64,000 nt of DNA from Hormiphora californensis (GCA_020137815.1 CM035360.1:3968001-4032000); one strand, 5' to 3'; counted from the first letter of the stretch, positions 42,877 to 56,698 are shown. Numbers and translations are program-made. The notes: generated from the sequence alone by a model not told the origin.

Positions 42877-42949
42877 GGTTCGGTAGCTCAGTGGTAGAGC
42901 ATCGAGCGCGTCTCTCTGGAGGTCCCTGGTTCAATTCCCGGTCGAACCC
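42877..42949 (+). tRNA. tRNA-like pseudogene / SINE-type head (copy 1)
   Basis: 73 nt. Acceptor GGTTCGG/TCGAACC, A box TAGCTCAGTGG, B box GGTTCAATTCC, T5 terminator just downstream. The anticodon arm is irregular (loop CGCGTCT, no U33) and the T-stem has a mismatch. Confidence 0.7.
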
Positions 42950-43196
42950 AGTATTTTTCGATTTTCTTCCCTATTTAATTCTTGCTCAGATCTCTTTATT
43001 CTGAATAATCAATTAATCTCTCCTTGACCGAGATCTGCCCGTGTGTGTGTGAGATTCCCCTATATAACCGTTGTACGGAGGGCGTGTGTGTGTGTTGATC
43101 ACCAGAAGGAGATATCAAAATTACTTCCTCTATCACATGGTGTCTAGCTAAGGGCATGTGCTTGAATATAGTGTGAAGAAATGCGATCTGTACAGG

Positions 43197-43269
43197 GGTT
43201 CGGTAGCTCAGTGGTAGAGCATCGAGCGCGTCTCTCTGGAGGTCCCTGGTTCAATTCCCGGTCGAACCC
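43197..43269 (+). tRNA. tRNA-like pseudogene / SINE-type head (copy 2)
   Basis: Identical to copy 1, 320 bp downstream. Confidence 0.7.
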
Positions 43270-43411
43270 AGTATATTTTTCGATTTTCTTCCCTATTTAA
43301 TTCTTGCTCAGATCTCTTTATTCTGTATATTCTTACCATTATCCTTTAGGTCACACCTCACGGAACATCTGCAGATATGATCTGGGGCGTAGACACTAGA
43401 CAAAGATATAT

Positions 43412-43484
<73 letters not shown>

Positions 43485-43795
43485 TGCAGTGTGTAGTAAT
43501 TGCTTGGATCCAGTGCAGGTGTACCCCTTCATTCACGCTGTCCGATTAGATTCTAGATCTTAATATCACTTGCCTATCAATTTCACCCAATTATAGGTAG
43601 AGCAGTGAGCACTGGATACAAAACCCAGCACCTCGCCAGATATTTTTCTAATCTTATCCTGATCAGAACTCATTTACTAATGTCATACTGTCATAGTAAA
43701 TTTTGTGACCCAGTTTCTGAAGCGGAATGTCATAGTGCTTTAGCAGCACTACTTCCACGTGTGTCCTTAATAATGCCATGAATTATCACCTCTCT

Positions 43796-43855
<60 letters not shown>

Positions 43856-44216
43856 GCCGCTGGAGCTAGAGAGAGAGAGAGAGAGCTCTGCATATACAGC
43901 TATGGTGGTATTACATAGTCTGTCCCGCACCTATACTAATACTTGCTGCAGCTCTCCATCTCTCTCAATCTCTCTACCCCCTCTGACCTCTCGCTCTCTC
44001 GTACCATTTCTAAGTAATATTTTATCCAGACGAGTCCATAATACTACTGATATACAGGTTACCCTACTATTAGGCTTGACTCACCCACTATATAGTTTAG
44101 TTGTTCGACCCAGTTTGTCACACATGAGTCGGTTGCACTATACATAAGTTTATTTTACGCCCACGATTTGTTCGGTTATGATCATTCAACCAACAGATTT
44201 GAAGGTTGTGTCAGAC

Positions 44217-44306
44217 TTGGTGACATAGACACCGTGCGCGACCAAGATTGAGCTCACACACATGTGCGAGCTCGATCTCGCACGCACTAGGTGTCTATGT
44301 CACCAA
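44217..44306. mobile_element. 90-bp hairpin MITE
   Basis: TIRs TTGGTGACATAGACACC. Flanking direct repeat GTGTCAGAC (9 bp, or 7 bp if the TIR is one base longer). Confidence 0.75.
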
Positions 44307-44495
44307 GTGTCAGACCGTTCTGCAGTGCCACTCTCTTCCGACTTCCAATAAACAATTGATTGCTGCATTTGTCAGTTTTATTGCATGTCTCGAGACATAC
44401 GCCGTCTAGTGTCTTGAGCCTGTGACCGTTCGTCTGCACTGTATTCCTAGCTTCTCTATAGTTTACAGTGTGTTTCCTACTGGATATTGGTATTT

Positions 44496-47400
44496 CCCTA
44501 GTCAGAATATAATACGTATTATTTTCAACAATACGTATTAAATACGCGCGCAAATATGTATTTAATACGTATTAAATACGTATTATAAGCCGAAAATACA
44601 GAAAAGCCGCGCATTTAGCAAGTGCTACCATCGCGAGCCGCACAACTTCCGACCCAATTTTAGGTCAAAAGCGCGTTACAGATACTACCTACAGCCTCAC
44701 CCTGCCACATGTCCCAATACAGCTCTGCCGCGAAGTGCTAGTACTGTGTTCCTTCGTCTTCTAAAACAGATCCCTGTCCCAATACAGCTCTGCCTGCCAC
44801 GAATTGCTACTGTGTTCCCCCGCCTTCTAAAACAGGTCCATGTCCCAGTACAGCTCTGCCACGAATTGCTACTGTGTTCCCCCGCCTTCTAAAACAGGCC
44901 CCTGTCCCAGTACAGCTCTGCCACGAATTGCTACTGTCTTCCCCCGCCTTCTAAAACAGGTCCCTGTCCCAGTACAGCTCTGCCACGAATTGCTACTGTG
45001 TTCCCCCACCTTCTAAAACAGGTCCCTGTCCCAATACAGCTCTGCCACGAATTGCTACTGTCTTCCCCGCCTTCTAAAACAGGTCCCTGTTTTAGAAGAC
45101 GGAGGAAGACAGTAGCAATTCGTGGCAGAGCTGTATTGGGACAGGGACCTGTTTTAGAAGACGGAGGAACACAGTAGCAATTCGTGGCAGAGCTGTAGTG
45201 GGACAGGGATCTGTTTTAGAAGGCGGGGAAGACAGTAGCACTTCGTGGCAGAGCTGTAGTGGGACAGGGACCTGTTTTAGAAGACGGAGGAAGACAGTAG
45301 CAATTCGTGGCAGAGCTGTATTGGAACAGGGACCTGTTTTAGATGGCGGGGGAAGACAGTAGCAATTCGTGGCAGAGCTGTATTGGGACAGGGAGCTGTT
45401 TTAGAAGGCGGGGGAAGACAGTAGCAATTCGTGGCAGAGCTGTAGTGGGACAGGGACCTGTTTTAAAGGTCAAAAGCGCGTTACAGATACTACCTACAGC
45501 CTCACCCTGCCACATGTCCCAATACAGCTCTGCCGCGAAGTGCTAGTACTGTGTTCCTTCGTCTTCTAAAACAGATCCCTGTCCCAATACAGCTCTGCCT
45601 GCCACGAATTGCTACTGTGTTCCCCCGCCTTCTAAAACAGGTCCCTGTCCCAGTACAGCTCTGCCACGAATTGCTACTGTGTTCCCCCGCCTTCTAAAAC
45701 AGGCCCCTGTCCCAGTACAGCTCTGCCACGAATTGCTACTGTCTTCCCCCGCCTTCTAAAACAGGTCCCTGTCCCAGTACAGCTCTGCCACGAATTGCTA
45801 CTGTGTTCCCCCACCTTCTAAAACAGGTCCCTGTCCCAATACAGCTCTGCCACGAATTGCTACTGTCTTCCCCCGCCTTCTAAAACAGGTCCCTGTCCCA
45901 ATACAGCTCTGCCACGAATTGCTACTGTGTTCCTCCGTCTTCTAAAACAGGTCCCTGTCCCAGTACAGCTCTGCCACGAATTGCTACTGTCTTCCCCGCC
46001 TTCTAAAACAGGTCCCTGTCCCAATACAGCTCTGCCACGAATTGCTACTGTCTTCCCCGCCTTCTAAAACAGGTCCCTGTTTTAGAAGACGGAGGAAGAC
46101 AGTAGCAATTCGTGGCAGAGCTGTATTGGGACAGGGACCTGTTTTAGAAGACGGAGGAACACAGTAGCAATTCGTGGCAGAGCTGAATTGGGACAGGGAC
46201 CTGTTTTAGAAGGAGGGGAAGACAGTAGCAATTCGTGGCAGTGCTGTAGTGGGACAGGGACCTATTTTAGAAGGCGGGGTAAGACAGTAGCAATTCGTGG
46301 CAGAGCTGTAGTGGGACAGGGATCTGTTTTAGAAGGCGGGGAAGACAGTAGCAATTCGTGGCAGAGCTGTAGTGGGACAGGGACCTGTTTTAGAAGACGG
46401 AGGAAGACAGTAGCAATTCGTGGCAGAGCTGTATTGGAACAGGGACCTGTTTTAGATGGCGGGGGAAGACAGTAGCAATTCGTGGCAGAGCTGTATTGGG
46501 ACAGGGAGCTGTTTTAGAAGGCGGGGGAAGACAGTAGCAATTCGTGGCAGAGCTGTAGTGGGACAGGGACCTGTTTTAGAAGGCGGGGGAAGACAGTAGC
46601 AATTCGTGGCAGAGCTGTATTGGGACAGGGACCTGTTTTAGAAGGCGGAGGAACACAGTAGCAATTCGCGGCAGAGTTGTACTGGGACAGGGACCTGTTT
46701 TAGAAGACGGAGGAAGACAGTAGCAATTCGTGGCAGAGCTGTATTGGGACAGGGACCTGTTTTAGAAGGCGGAGGAACACAGTAGCAATTCGCGGCAGAG
46801 CTGTACTGGGACAGGGACCTGTTTTAGAAGACGGAGGAAGACAGTAGCAATTCGTGGCAGAGCTGTATTGGGACAGGGACCTGTTTTAGAAGACGGAGGA
46901 ACACAGTAGCAATTCGTGGCAGAGCTGAATTGGGACAGGGACCTGTTTTAGAAGGAGGGGAAGACAGTAGCAATTCGTGGCAGAGCTGTACTGGGACAGG
47001 GACCTGTTTTAGAAGACGGAGGAACACAGTAGCAATTCGTGGCAGAGCTGTATTGGGACAGGGACCTGTTTTAGAAGGCGGAGGAACACAGTAGCAATTC
47101 GCGGCAGAGCTGTACTGGGACAGGGACCTGTTTTAGAAGACGGAGGAAGACAGTAGCAATTCGTGGCAGAGCTGTATTGGGACAGGGACCTGTTTTAGAA
47201 GACGGAGGAACACAGTAGCAATTCGTGGCAGTGCTGTAGTGGGACAGGGACCTATTTTAGAAGGCGGGGTAAGACAGTAGCAATTCGTGGCAGAGCTGTA
47301 GTGGGACAGGGATCTGTTTTAGAAGGCGGGGAAGACAGTAGCAATTCGTGGCAGAGCTGTAGTGGGACAGGGACCTGTTTTAGAAGACGGAGGAAGACAG

Positions 47401-48069
47401 TAGCAATTCGTGGCAGAGCTGTATTGGAACAGGGACCTGTTTTAGATGGCGGGGGAAGACAGTAGCAATTCGTGGCAGAGCTGTATTGGGACAGGGAGCT
47501 GTTTTAGAAGGCGGGGGAAGACAGTAGCAATTCGTGGCAGAGCTGTAGTGGGACAGGGACCTGTTTTAGAAGGCGGGGGAAGACAGTAGCAATTCGTGGC
47601 AGAGCTGTATTGGGACAGGGACCTGTTTTAGAAGGCGGAGGAACACAGTAGCAATTCGTGGCAGAGCTGTACTGGGACAGGGACCTGTTTTAGAAGACGG
47701 AGGAAGACAGTAGCAATTCGTGGCAGAGCTGTATTGGGACAGGGACCTGTTTTAGAAGACGGAGGAACACAGTAGCAATTCGTGGCAGAGCTGAATTGGG
47801 ACAGGGACCTGTTTTAGAAGGAGGGGAAGACAGTAGCAATTCGTGGCAGAGCTGTACTGGGACAGGGACCTGTTTTAGAAGACGGAGGAACACAGTAGCA
47901 ATTCGTGGCAGAGCTGTAGTGGGACAGGGACCTGTTTTAGAAGACGGAGGAAGACAGTAGCAATTCGTGGCAGAGCTGTAGTGGAACAGGGACCTGTTTT
48001 AGAAGACGGAGGAACACAGTAGCAATTCGTGGCAGAGCTGAATTGGGACAGGGACCTGTTTTAGATTCT

Positions 48070-48116
<47 letters not shown>

Positions 48117-48351
48117 TTCTTCTTGCAGCTGGTCCCTTCTACGAATTGCTGCTGTTTTTCCCGCGCTCTAGGTTCATCCAACGCGACTTTCAGCCTCAGC
48201 TTGGACGTTTAATGGCGCGGCTCAAGTGCTAAATGCGCGGCTTTTCTGTATTTTTGGCTTATAATACGTATTTAATACGTATTAAATACATATTTGCGCG
48301 TGTATTTAATACGTATTGTTGAAAATAATACGTATTATATTCTGACTAGGG
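44496..48351. mobile_element. CMC/EnSpm-like non-autonomous element carrying a satellite array
   Basis: TIRs of about 125 bp, CCCTAGTCAGAATATAATACG..., at 44496-44620 / 48227-48351. TT on both sides (possible 2-bp TSD). AATACGTATT subterminal palindromes. Confidence 0.75.
44710..48064. repeat. 61-62-bp tandem satellite (about 50 monomers) with orientation switches
   Basis: Monomer GAAGACAGTAGCAATTCGTGGCAGAGCTGTATTGGGACAGGGACCTGTTTTAGAAGACGGAG. Switches at 45071-45098, about 45465, and 46061-46088. Followed by (TTC)n at 48066-48125. Confidence 0.95.
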
Positions 48352-50381
48352 TTCCTACTGGTGTCTGTGTTGGAAGGGCGTGGGCCCAGAAGTAGTAGGA
48401 AGTAGTAGCCGTGGGTGCACAAACATATTCCGTTTTAGTGACATGCATCGTGAAGTTGTAGTACTGCCTTTCTATCAATAGACATGTACCGCGACTATTA
48501 CTTAGGCACCTATCATAATACATGTCACTTTAGAACTACATATTGCTAGGTATCTGTCTTTTTATTGAAGTAACCTATATGAGATAAGTGGAGCGTTTAG
48601 CAGTATATAGCCACTTACCAGAATGCCCGAACTGTGGATTTTACCTGGATCACCTGCCGAGTAGAGTGACACACCTTTACACAACCAATTCAACCACAAA
48701 CAATTCAACCAGAATTTACCAGCTCGTTGCATACTAGTAATTAATAGTAATAGTAACAACTAACAGCTATGATCTATAGTTTAAAGTAAACAACCTATTG
48801 ATGTTTTGAATATCTGCCATGCTGCCATGCCTAGGTTGGGCCGTTGGCCTACGCTCCAGTCCCCTGTATCCTATAGTGGCCGACCCAATTATACATGCAG
48901 GTAGTATAAGAGACAACTAAATCTTCGCCGTGCACATTCAAATTAAATTTGATTACCCGTGGATTCTGTATAATATATGTAGGTACCATAATTCTAAAGA
49001 ATTCATTCTGTACCACGTCGCAGGTCGCAGGATTAAACTAATTAATAATTCATTGTGTGACATAACTAACTCTCCAACTGAATTTATTAAAAAGTTCTTT
49101 GTATGGCGGTTGTGGAGACGGAGTCTTTGTCGAACGTTCACGAACTCGAAGGTTCGATTGCAATTGATCGAAAAGTCTAAACTAGTACATATGAATTGCA
49201 GAAGATATCAATTTGGTCTAGACGACTTTGACCATGTTTAAACCATATTTAGATAACAGTGCGTTTTTGTTGCTTCCTCCGAGCCAATTACGAGCTATCT
49301 TTACTTTGAAGGAACCTATTATATCTAGCAAAACGACAACTGTCTCTGCTGTCAAAAAAGCAACCGATCGCTGACCTCGCTAAATTATACATATGTTGTT
49401 GCACTCATTTGATCATGGTCATCGTTGGATATTTTGTTCGTCAATTCAATCAGTTTGGCTTATTTTTCGGATATTCCTGATCCGCCACGATCTTGATATA
49501 GCTGATTTATATAAGCTCCGTTCGTTTTTCTGAAACAGCTCTCGGTTGAGGCCCAACTCAGTTTCCAGACCACTGACATATATCGGCCGTATTGTCAAGC
49601 ATGCTTAAGCAGAGTACTGGCATTATTCCAGCTAGTTGCCCTTCAGGCAGGAAGGTTGAGTTATATTCTGAACAAGTCAACCTAACCCTACACTGACACA
49701 TTGTCCTTCCTGAACAACATATCAGGGTTGCTTTCTCTATAAATTGTTGGGTACAATGTGCCGCGTATCTCTCGCCGAATGCGTGCGGGAGAATAGAGAG
49801 GGACCATTTTGTCTATTATACTTGTTCACTGTTCCTGCTCTCCGTTACATTATAATGGTTTATATGTACATACTGAAAGGTATATGTAGCAATATGCCGT
49901 ATAGTTTTTTAATTTACTTATCCATGCGTCGACACGTAATAGTATTGAACGAGAAACCAATGAGAATGAAAGACGAGATTAGAGGCTTCTGACATCATCT
50001 GAGTGTGAGAGAGACAGGTAGTCGAGATAGACACTAATAATATACAGAGTGGGTGAAAGAAGAGAGATATAATGTAGATCAGAGGGACATGTAGATGCAG
50101 GCCAATGCTCTATGGAGCACTATCGACTATATCGACACGTGGTAATGTAGTGCAGGATCACTTTCGTGGGTTATACATACTGCTGTTACCAGTGGTACTA
50201 CCACGATAATTCATCATTCTCAAGCTCGTCATGCGTGAGTGATCAGTATATCGCATTCCCATTTCTTGATCAGTAGACATCCCCATTTCTCTAGCATCTG
50301 TCAAAATGTGATCAGTTGAACTCTATTTCTGAGGGTTCAAGCCTAAAAGGTTGTCACATCATGATAGGGAAAGAGAGAGTA

Positions 50382-50483
<102 letters not shown>

Positions 50484-51750
50484 CGACACTTTTCTTTGCT
50501 TATAAAAATTAATTATAAAAATTAAATCTTGTATTACTTTGTAGCGACACTTTTCCATATCTATCCCTTACTTCCGCCTTCCGGCCTTTGGCAAGTGGAA
50601 GTGGTATCAAAATCTGACTGAGTATTACTTTCTATTGTCGAATATTATAATCCCTTTGTTCTCGCATTCCTAATATAATATCATTTTCTGTCTCATAATG
50701 AACATACTGTGTGTCTGGACATCAATTATAATACATGCCTTTTCGATCGTCGAAAAATATGCCGATTCGTTTGTCCTTCAACAAAATTATTGGAGCTTTT
50801 TCTTAATTATTGTCAAATGATGTAATGAATTGTTTTAGCAATGGAAACGATTACAACGACAGCATGGAACGCCATCATTATAAATCGTAAGTAACAGTGC
50901 TGCTTGTAGTCAAATTACCGTAATGAAAATACAGTAAGGAGACACGCACGGTGCATAACGTGCGGCAAAAAGTTCATGTGTCAGCACGTACTAGCGCCCT
51001 GATTGGTCACGGTTGCGCGTCGTCTTACTGTATCTTTCGTTTTCCATTACCGTTTTCCCACTACAAGCGACCGTGTTACAATATCATTGAGTTGATTTTG
51101 ATATTTCACTAGAGACTAAATGATCACTGATCATAGTCATATTCTTGAATCTTCAATTGAAGATTGATCAATCCATACTTATAGTGAGAGAGAATTGAGT
51201 GAGCTACTTGCTAAGTGTTATCCAGAGGCCCAGTTAATGCACCTTTAACAGGTCTGTGGTAATAGTGAAAGGGCTTTTAGTTGTTGAGTAAGGGGGAAGG
51301 GCTTTTAGAGAATAGATGAGGAGTTAATTTAAGGTGTTAAATCGTACTACGATTCGTAGTGGTAACCCAATTAACACATAGTTCTTTAAACGGGGGTAGT
51401 ATATGGCTATAAGAGCTCGGTCACTGCAATCGAAAGGTGCAAGATGTGATTTACTGCCTTATTTTGTAAAGTTTATCGGAATTTATCTGAATAGATGATG
51501 TAGCCGATATTTTAGGGACCACGGAATGTTCATCGATGAAAATATTTTGATGTGCCCTTTTGAAAAAGACCTTTTCACTATCCCGTCAATGTCAGTGAAT
51601 CCTTGGTATTGTGGTACAGTACCGGGATCCTCGGGGGAAGCCGACTGTATGTACTACCCAAATCCTCCATACATTCTTAAATCGACATTGAATTTTTACA
51701 CTTCTGTGCAATTTTGAGCAGTACATAATTAAAACCTGGGAACCACGTCA

Positions 51751-51972
51751 CAGTGGTCATCCGACATAATTGCCATATCTCGACGTGAACTTCGACGTGG
51801 AATTCGACGAGGAATAGCAGGCGTTTGTAGTTATGAACGCCTGATGTGCGCGGCACATTGGCACGTGCGGCATGGGCAGCAGGCGTTCATAACTACAAAC
51901 GCCTGCTATTCCTCGTCGAATTCCACGTCGAAGTTCACGTCGAGATATGGCAATTATGTCGGATGACCACTG
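51751..51972. mobile_element. hairpin MITE
   Basis: Perfect inverted arms of about 93 bp starting CAGTGGTCATCCGACATAA. TCA on both flanks. Confidence 0.8.
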
Positions 51973-52522
51973 TCACAATGAAAAGAGGAAAGAAACTAGT
52001 CATTCATTGTGTTTTTTATTAATGTCCCATGCGTATATATTGCATTCGCAGTAATACAACCCTATAGCCGCAGCTAGACCTTTTAAAAGAGCTAAACCAT
52101 CTGAGCTCATTACACCCTTTATCTTTTCCTTTTAGGCAAGGTGGTTAAGGGGATGGTCAGATGGCGAGAAGCCATCGGTATACACTAATAGACTGGTTAT
52201 ATATGCGAGATGGCAGACTACTGCAGTTACCCTATTTAAGAGCTGCTATTCACAATTTTAACTATTCAACAAGATTAATTGCATTATGTTCTATCATAAT
52301 GCGGAATTTCCCTGCCATGTGAATCCATGAAGAAAGGAAATCATGACCAGATCCGCTGTAGCAGCAAGCGGGACAAAAAATCCCGATCATTTATATATCA
52401 CACAAACAGTATAGAGCAAATCCTTGTGTTTTAGTAGTACTAAATTGCGCGCCACGCCGCCACATTGCGCGCCACACATTTCCTGAAAACGTGCTAATAA
52501 AGTGGTTTTATTTATGAAGGAT

Positions 52523-52719
52523 CAGCTCGTAACTGTGTGCGCGGCTCTTGTTGCTACACCGTTGCCCCTCGCAACTAAAGTGTGACCAAAAAGGTCCCTC
52601 TACCGATTAGTTAGTATACCAAAATGTCGTTTTCGAATTCTAACCCTGCTATGCCTTTTTGCAAAGCAAAAAGGCATCCGGGTGAATGCCTTCGGCATTC
52701 ACCCGGGCAGGGAAATAAA
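52523..52719 (-). mobile_element. HINE/Helentron-like repeat
   Basis: The minus strand begins TTTATTTCCCTGC, followed by the GC hairpin CCGGGTGAATGCCGAAGGCATTCACCCGG, a second hairpin and the complementary GCAGGG. Second copy at 17.5 kb. Family assignment is inference. Confidence 0.55.
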
Positions 52720-53263
52720 ATTGTTTTGTTGAGGTTTGGGCTTTTCGTTATGGAAATATAATGGTAATGAAAAGGGTCAACTAATGAAAATAACGCCAAC
52801 ATGTGCAACCACCAAAAAAACCGCAATTAATAAAACACGCGTGAACATGTTACTTGGGCCAGTAACCAAACTTGACCCTATACGAGCACAGATTTGACCA
52901 TGGAATGTGTCGCTGCTAGTGTTCCAATATTTGATATTGGATTCAACAGTTTAGTTTAATGTAATCTTCGAACCACATTCACTATGACACTGTGTGTATC
53001 AACTCCATCAGTTCACCTCTCCGCTTGTTGGATTTCTCTCAGTATATCATTGCGCCATGTTTGCCAAATCATTCTCTCATGTAATGTGTGTCTGTGTTTT
53101 GCTCATGTGTGTCTGTGTACACATGTGGAGAATATCTCTCTGTCAGTGCCATGATCACTCTTTTACATGTGCTGTCTCCACTTCTATAATCGCAGTGTAA
53201 TTGAGTCCTTCTCGACCGAAATTACCGTCATGATGAGTGAATTAAACTGAACGGAGAGAATTA

Positions 53264-53334
<71 letters not shown>

Positions 53335-54010
53335 AGAGCTAGAGCTAGAGCTAGAGAGAGAGATAGTGAAAGAAAGAGAAATGTAGAGACAAAATGAAAT
53401 AAAGGAAGACTGAGAGAGATACAATCTGGCACGAATCTCAGTTGAAGACTATCCTTTTCCTCACTACAACATTTCTCTGGTAGCTCTTCACCGCGTTTAA
53501 TTTGTCGTGTCCCTCCCTCTGAACGCGTTATAGCGATAGTTAAGTTATAGTTACAGCTTTAACCGATCATTCTGCCTGTCGAGTTTTAATGGATTGGGAT
53601 ACTTCATGAAGGCCCCCCCCCACTCTTACCATATATTTCAGTTCTAGCTACTCACTCTCATGAGTGGAACCGAGAGCTACTTGTTGAGTAAGGGGTGAGA
53701 GACCACCACTTAACAAAGTACTGCATTATTAAACTTCAAAACAGTTGTCTCACTCCTGCAATGCCATGATAACAATCATGTTTTTGTTATTGCTTAGCTA
53801 CTCATCTTATCAAGTTTTTACAACACCCCCCCCTTTACCCTATAAGATACGGTATTGAGCATCCATATGACCATGATGGCTTAGTAGCATATATCCTGAG
53901 TTCAATCAAATATTTTTCTTTTTCATTCAGCTTGCATGTAAAGGGTGAGTGAGTAAATGAGATAAGCTTGAGAAAACCTTTGCGCAATATAAATACGTTG
54001 AGGACACGCT

Positions 54011-54240
54011 CCAGTTACAGATTTGGAACCGGGCGTCAGTTTCCTGATGGGAGATTCCTGATGGGAGATTCCTGATGGGAGATTCCGGATTCCCGATGAA
54101 CCATGCTGTGCGTCATCATTTACAATGCGTGACTAAATTTCCAGCTAGAATGAATGGGGAGTTGAGCAGGATTCATTGTCAGCAGTGTGCAAAAATTCGC
54201 GCACCAGGAACCTGACGCCCGGTTCCAAATCTGTAACTGG
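54011..54240. mobile_element. MITE
   Basis: 29-bp TIRs CCAGTTACAGATTTGGAACCGGGCGTCAG. Internal (TTCCTGATGGGAGA)3. Confidence 0.75.
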
Positions 54241-54613
54241 TCCCTTACTGTTATAGATAGAGCTGAGGAAAGTTGTTGGGCTTTGGAAAAAATGTCCAGG
54301 CTTTCTGTAGAAAAAAGAAGGAATATTTGCAGCGACTTTGTGTGTGTCCCAAGAGGAGGAACTAGGTTATTCGCTGCCAGGAACTCAATAACCTTTACCC
54401 TTTCCTCTCATGGGACTCATCGTTGTAATGACAATATTTTGCTAATAGCTCCTCCTCCCGCTAGTTGGCCACTGTGTACTGGAGCAACACACGCCGAGAA
54501 TTCAATATCCATCACCTCTACTACAGCAGCAGCTCTGGCAAGATTATTAATATCGCCATTTGTTTCCCTCTCTATCTATGATCTTTCTATCACTCTCTTT
54601 CTTTTTCTCTTTA

Positions 54614-54648
<35 letters not shown>

Positions 54649-54895
54649 TCCTATCTCTCTTTCTTTTTCTCTCAGTTGCAGCTCCAATAGTCTCTTCTGA
54701 CTTCTCATTCTCGAAAGTGGAGGAGGGTATGACTTATGATACTGCTTTTGTTGGCACCACATGCGGTATAGCGTGTGTTTTAGTAAACAGAGAGATATTA
54801 TATGAGATACCGTGAGATATTATATCATTATGCTAAAATTGTTGTCATATAATCTAATATTGTATATTGACCACATTCCTTTGAACTTTGTATGA

Positions 54896-55355
54896 GAGGA
54901 GACACACTGAAGTTGGTGGCACGCGTTGAGATCTCAACCGCATGACACACACTGAAGTTCGAATTTCGAAGTTTCGTGGAAATATGGAAGCAACGATTTT
55001 TGACTGAAAAATTATTTACAAGGGGCTAATTTCTTCACTAGTACATCTCTCGAGGCGTTCTTTATCCATACTGAGTCAATTTCACCGTTTTTGGCATTTT
55101 TGGTGAATTGGGACAACTGTGAGTGTGGCTGGATTGGCCATAATTGACAGAAACGGTGAAATTGACTCAGTATGGATAAAGGACACCTCGAGAGATGTAC
55201 CAGTGAAGAAATTAGCCTCTTCCCCTCTTGCAAATGATTTATCAGTCAAAAATGCTTGATTCCATACTTTCGCGAAAGTTTGAACTTCGAACTTCAGTGT
55301 GTGTAACACGGTTAAGAGATCTCAATGCGAGCGACCAACTTCAGTATGTCTCCTC
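54896..55355. mobile_element. diverged foldback MITE
   Basis: GAGGAGACACACTGAAGTTGG...CCAACTTCAGTATGTCTCCTC. The arms pair imperfectly toward a centre near 55110. Confidence 0.7.
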
Positions 55356-56598
55356 CCTATGTTGTGTAATTTTCTTATTTAGGCTAGGTTTATTCTGTAC
55401 TAATTAGGCTAGGTTCATTTTGTATACTATCATCCCCGCGTCGAACCTTGTGTTCATCAACTGCATTGTTGGCGAATGCAGGGATAAGCTCAATCAACTT
55501 GTGTTAAAATAGCACTGTTTCATCACAGAAATCCTTCGTAAAATTCCTTTAAATATACCCACATGCCTGTTGAATTGTGGTTACGAAATAACCCCTCGAT
55601 TGAAAATCTTAGTAGAAATTTATGTCTAGTTGTCATTTTAAAATCGTTTTAAGAAATATTTCTCCGTTTCACAAAACGATTTTTAATTAATAATTGAAAA
55701 TCGTTTTGCGCATTAAAACCGTATACAATGTACATTCATAAATTGGTTTCCATTCATACAAATTGCTATGTACACTTGTCATATTAATATATCATATCAT
55801 ATGCTGCTTGGTTTTTACAGCATTATGATGACTATGCTATTCCTCTCAATTTCACCAGAGTCCACATGAGCACAGACATTAGTGAGCGATCAACGCTGCA
55901 CATCATGTATGCATCTTCTACTGTCGTCAGAAATTGGTAGTCCACCTGCAATTGTATGAACTCAAACCCAATCGTTCATTGAGTTGTGAATCTAAAGATG
56001 GAACAAATAGTACTGATTTTACCACCCTCTGTATGTATTTGTTTATCAGCAACTTGTACTTTTTCCAATGGTACATGGGAGAGTAAAATCTCTCTCCGAA
56101 ATATATGTTAAAAGCTCTCTATACTTCTCTCACCCCACCACATGCAGCCCGATTAGCTCTCGGGTACTCCAAAAAGCGTTCTCCTCACAATATCGATCTC
56201 GATTTCGTGTATTTAATCAGTGTCTGGTATGTGTGTCGTGCGTCACCAATATAAGCTGCAATCATGACTAGTACAGTAACTGTAACCCAGTTGAATACCT
56301 TTCTTTCTCCTTCTTAGTCTCCTTCCTCTTCAGTCTCAATCTCTTTCTCCTTCAGTCTGAGTCGTCTGAGTCTGAGTCTGAGTCTCTGTCCCTGTCTGAT
56401 GTCTCTGTCTGATGTCTCTGTCTCTGTCTCTGTCTCTGTCTCTGTCTCTGTCTCTGTCTCTGTCTCTGTCTCTGTCTCTGTCTCTCGACTCTGTCTCTGT
56501 CTCTCGACTCTGTCTCTCTGTCTCTCTGTCTCTCTGTCTCTCTCTGTCTCTCTCTGTCTCTCTCTGTCTCTCTGTCCCTCTCTCTGTCTGTCTGTCTG

Positions 56599-56698
<100 letters not shown>

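Larger units (their letters stand above)
42753..43325 (+). mobile_element. TSD-flanked partial tandem (1.8 x 320 bp) element containing tRNA-like genes
   Basis: Direct repeats 42751-43003 and 43071-43325 with a 67-bp spacer. 9-bp TSD TATATTCTT (42744-42752 / 43326-43334). Confidence 0.75.

Noticed and set aside
42877-42949. Functional tRNA-Thr(CGT)
   Set aside because: It lacks U33, has an irregular anticodon stem and a T-stem mismatch, and lies inside a TSD-flanked repeat.
44710-48064. CRISPR-like array
   Set aside because: The monomers are contiguous with no unique spacers, there are no cas genes, and the context is eukaryotic. It is a satellite.
48940-49620. Decayed minus-strand coding-like stretch, possibly a retroelement remnant; likewise 30163-30560 and 63325-63708
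   Set aside because: Frames are broken and no RT, endonuclease or transposase motif is recognisable. A tBLASTn/BLASTx search is needed.
54262-54300. Other hammerhead-like CTGANGA motifs (2879, 54263, and 61658 on the minus strand)
   Set aside because: They lack a correctly placed GAAA, stem III or stem I pairing.
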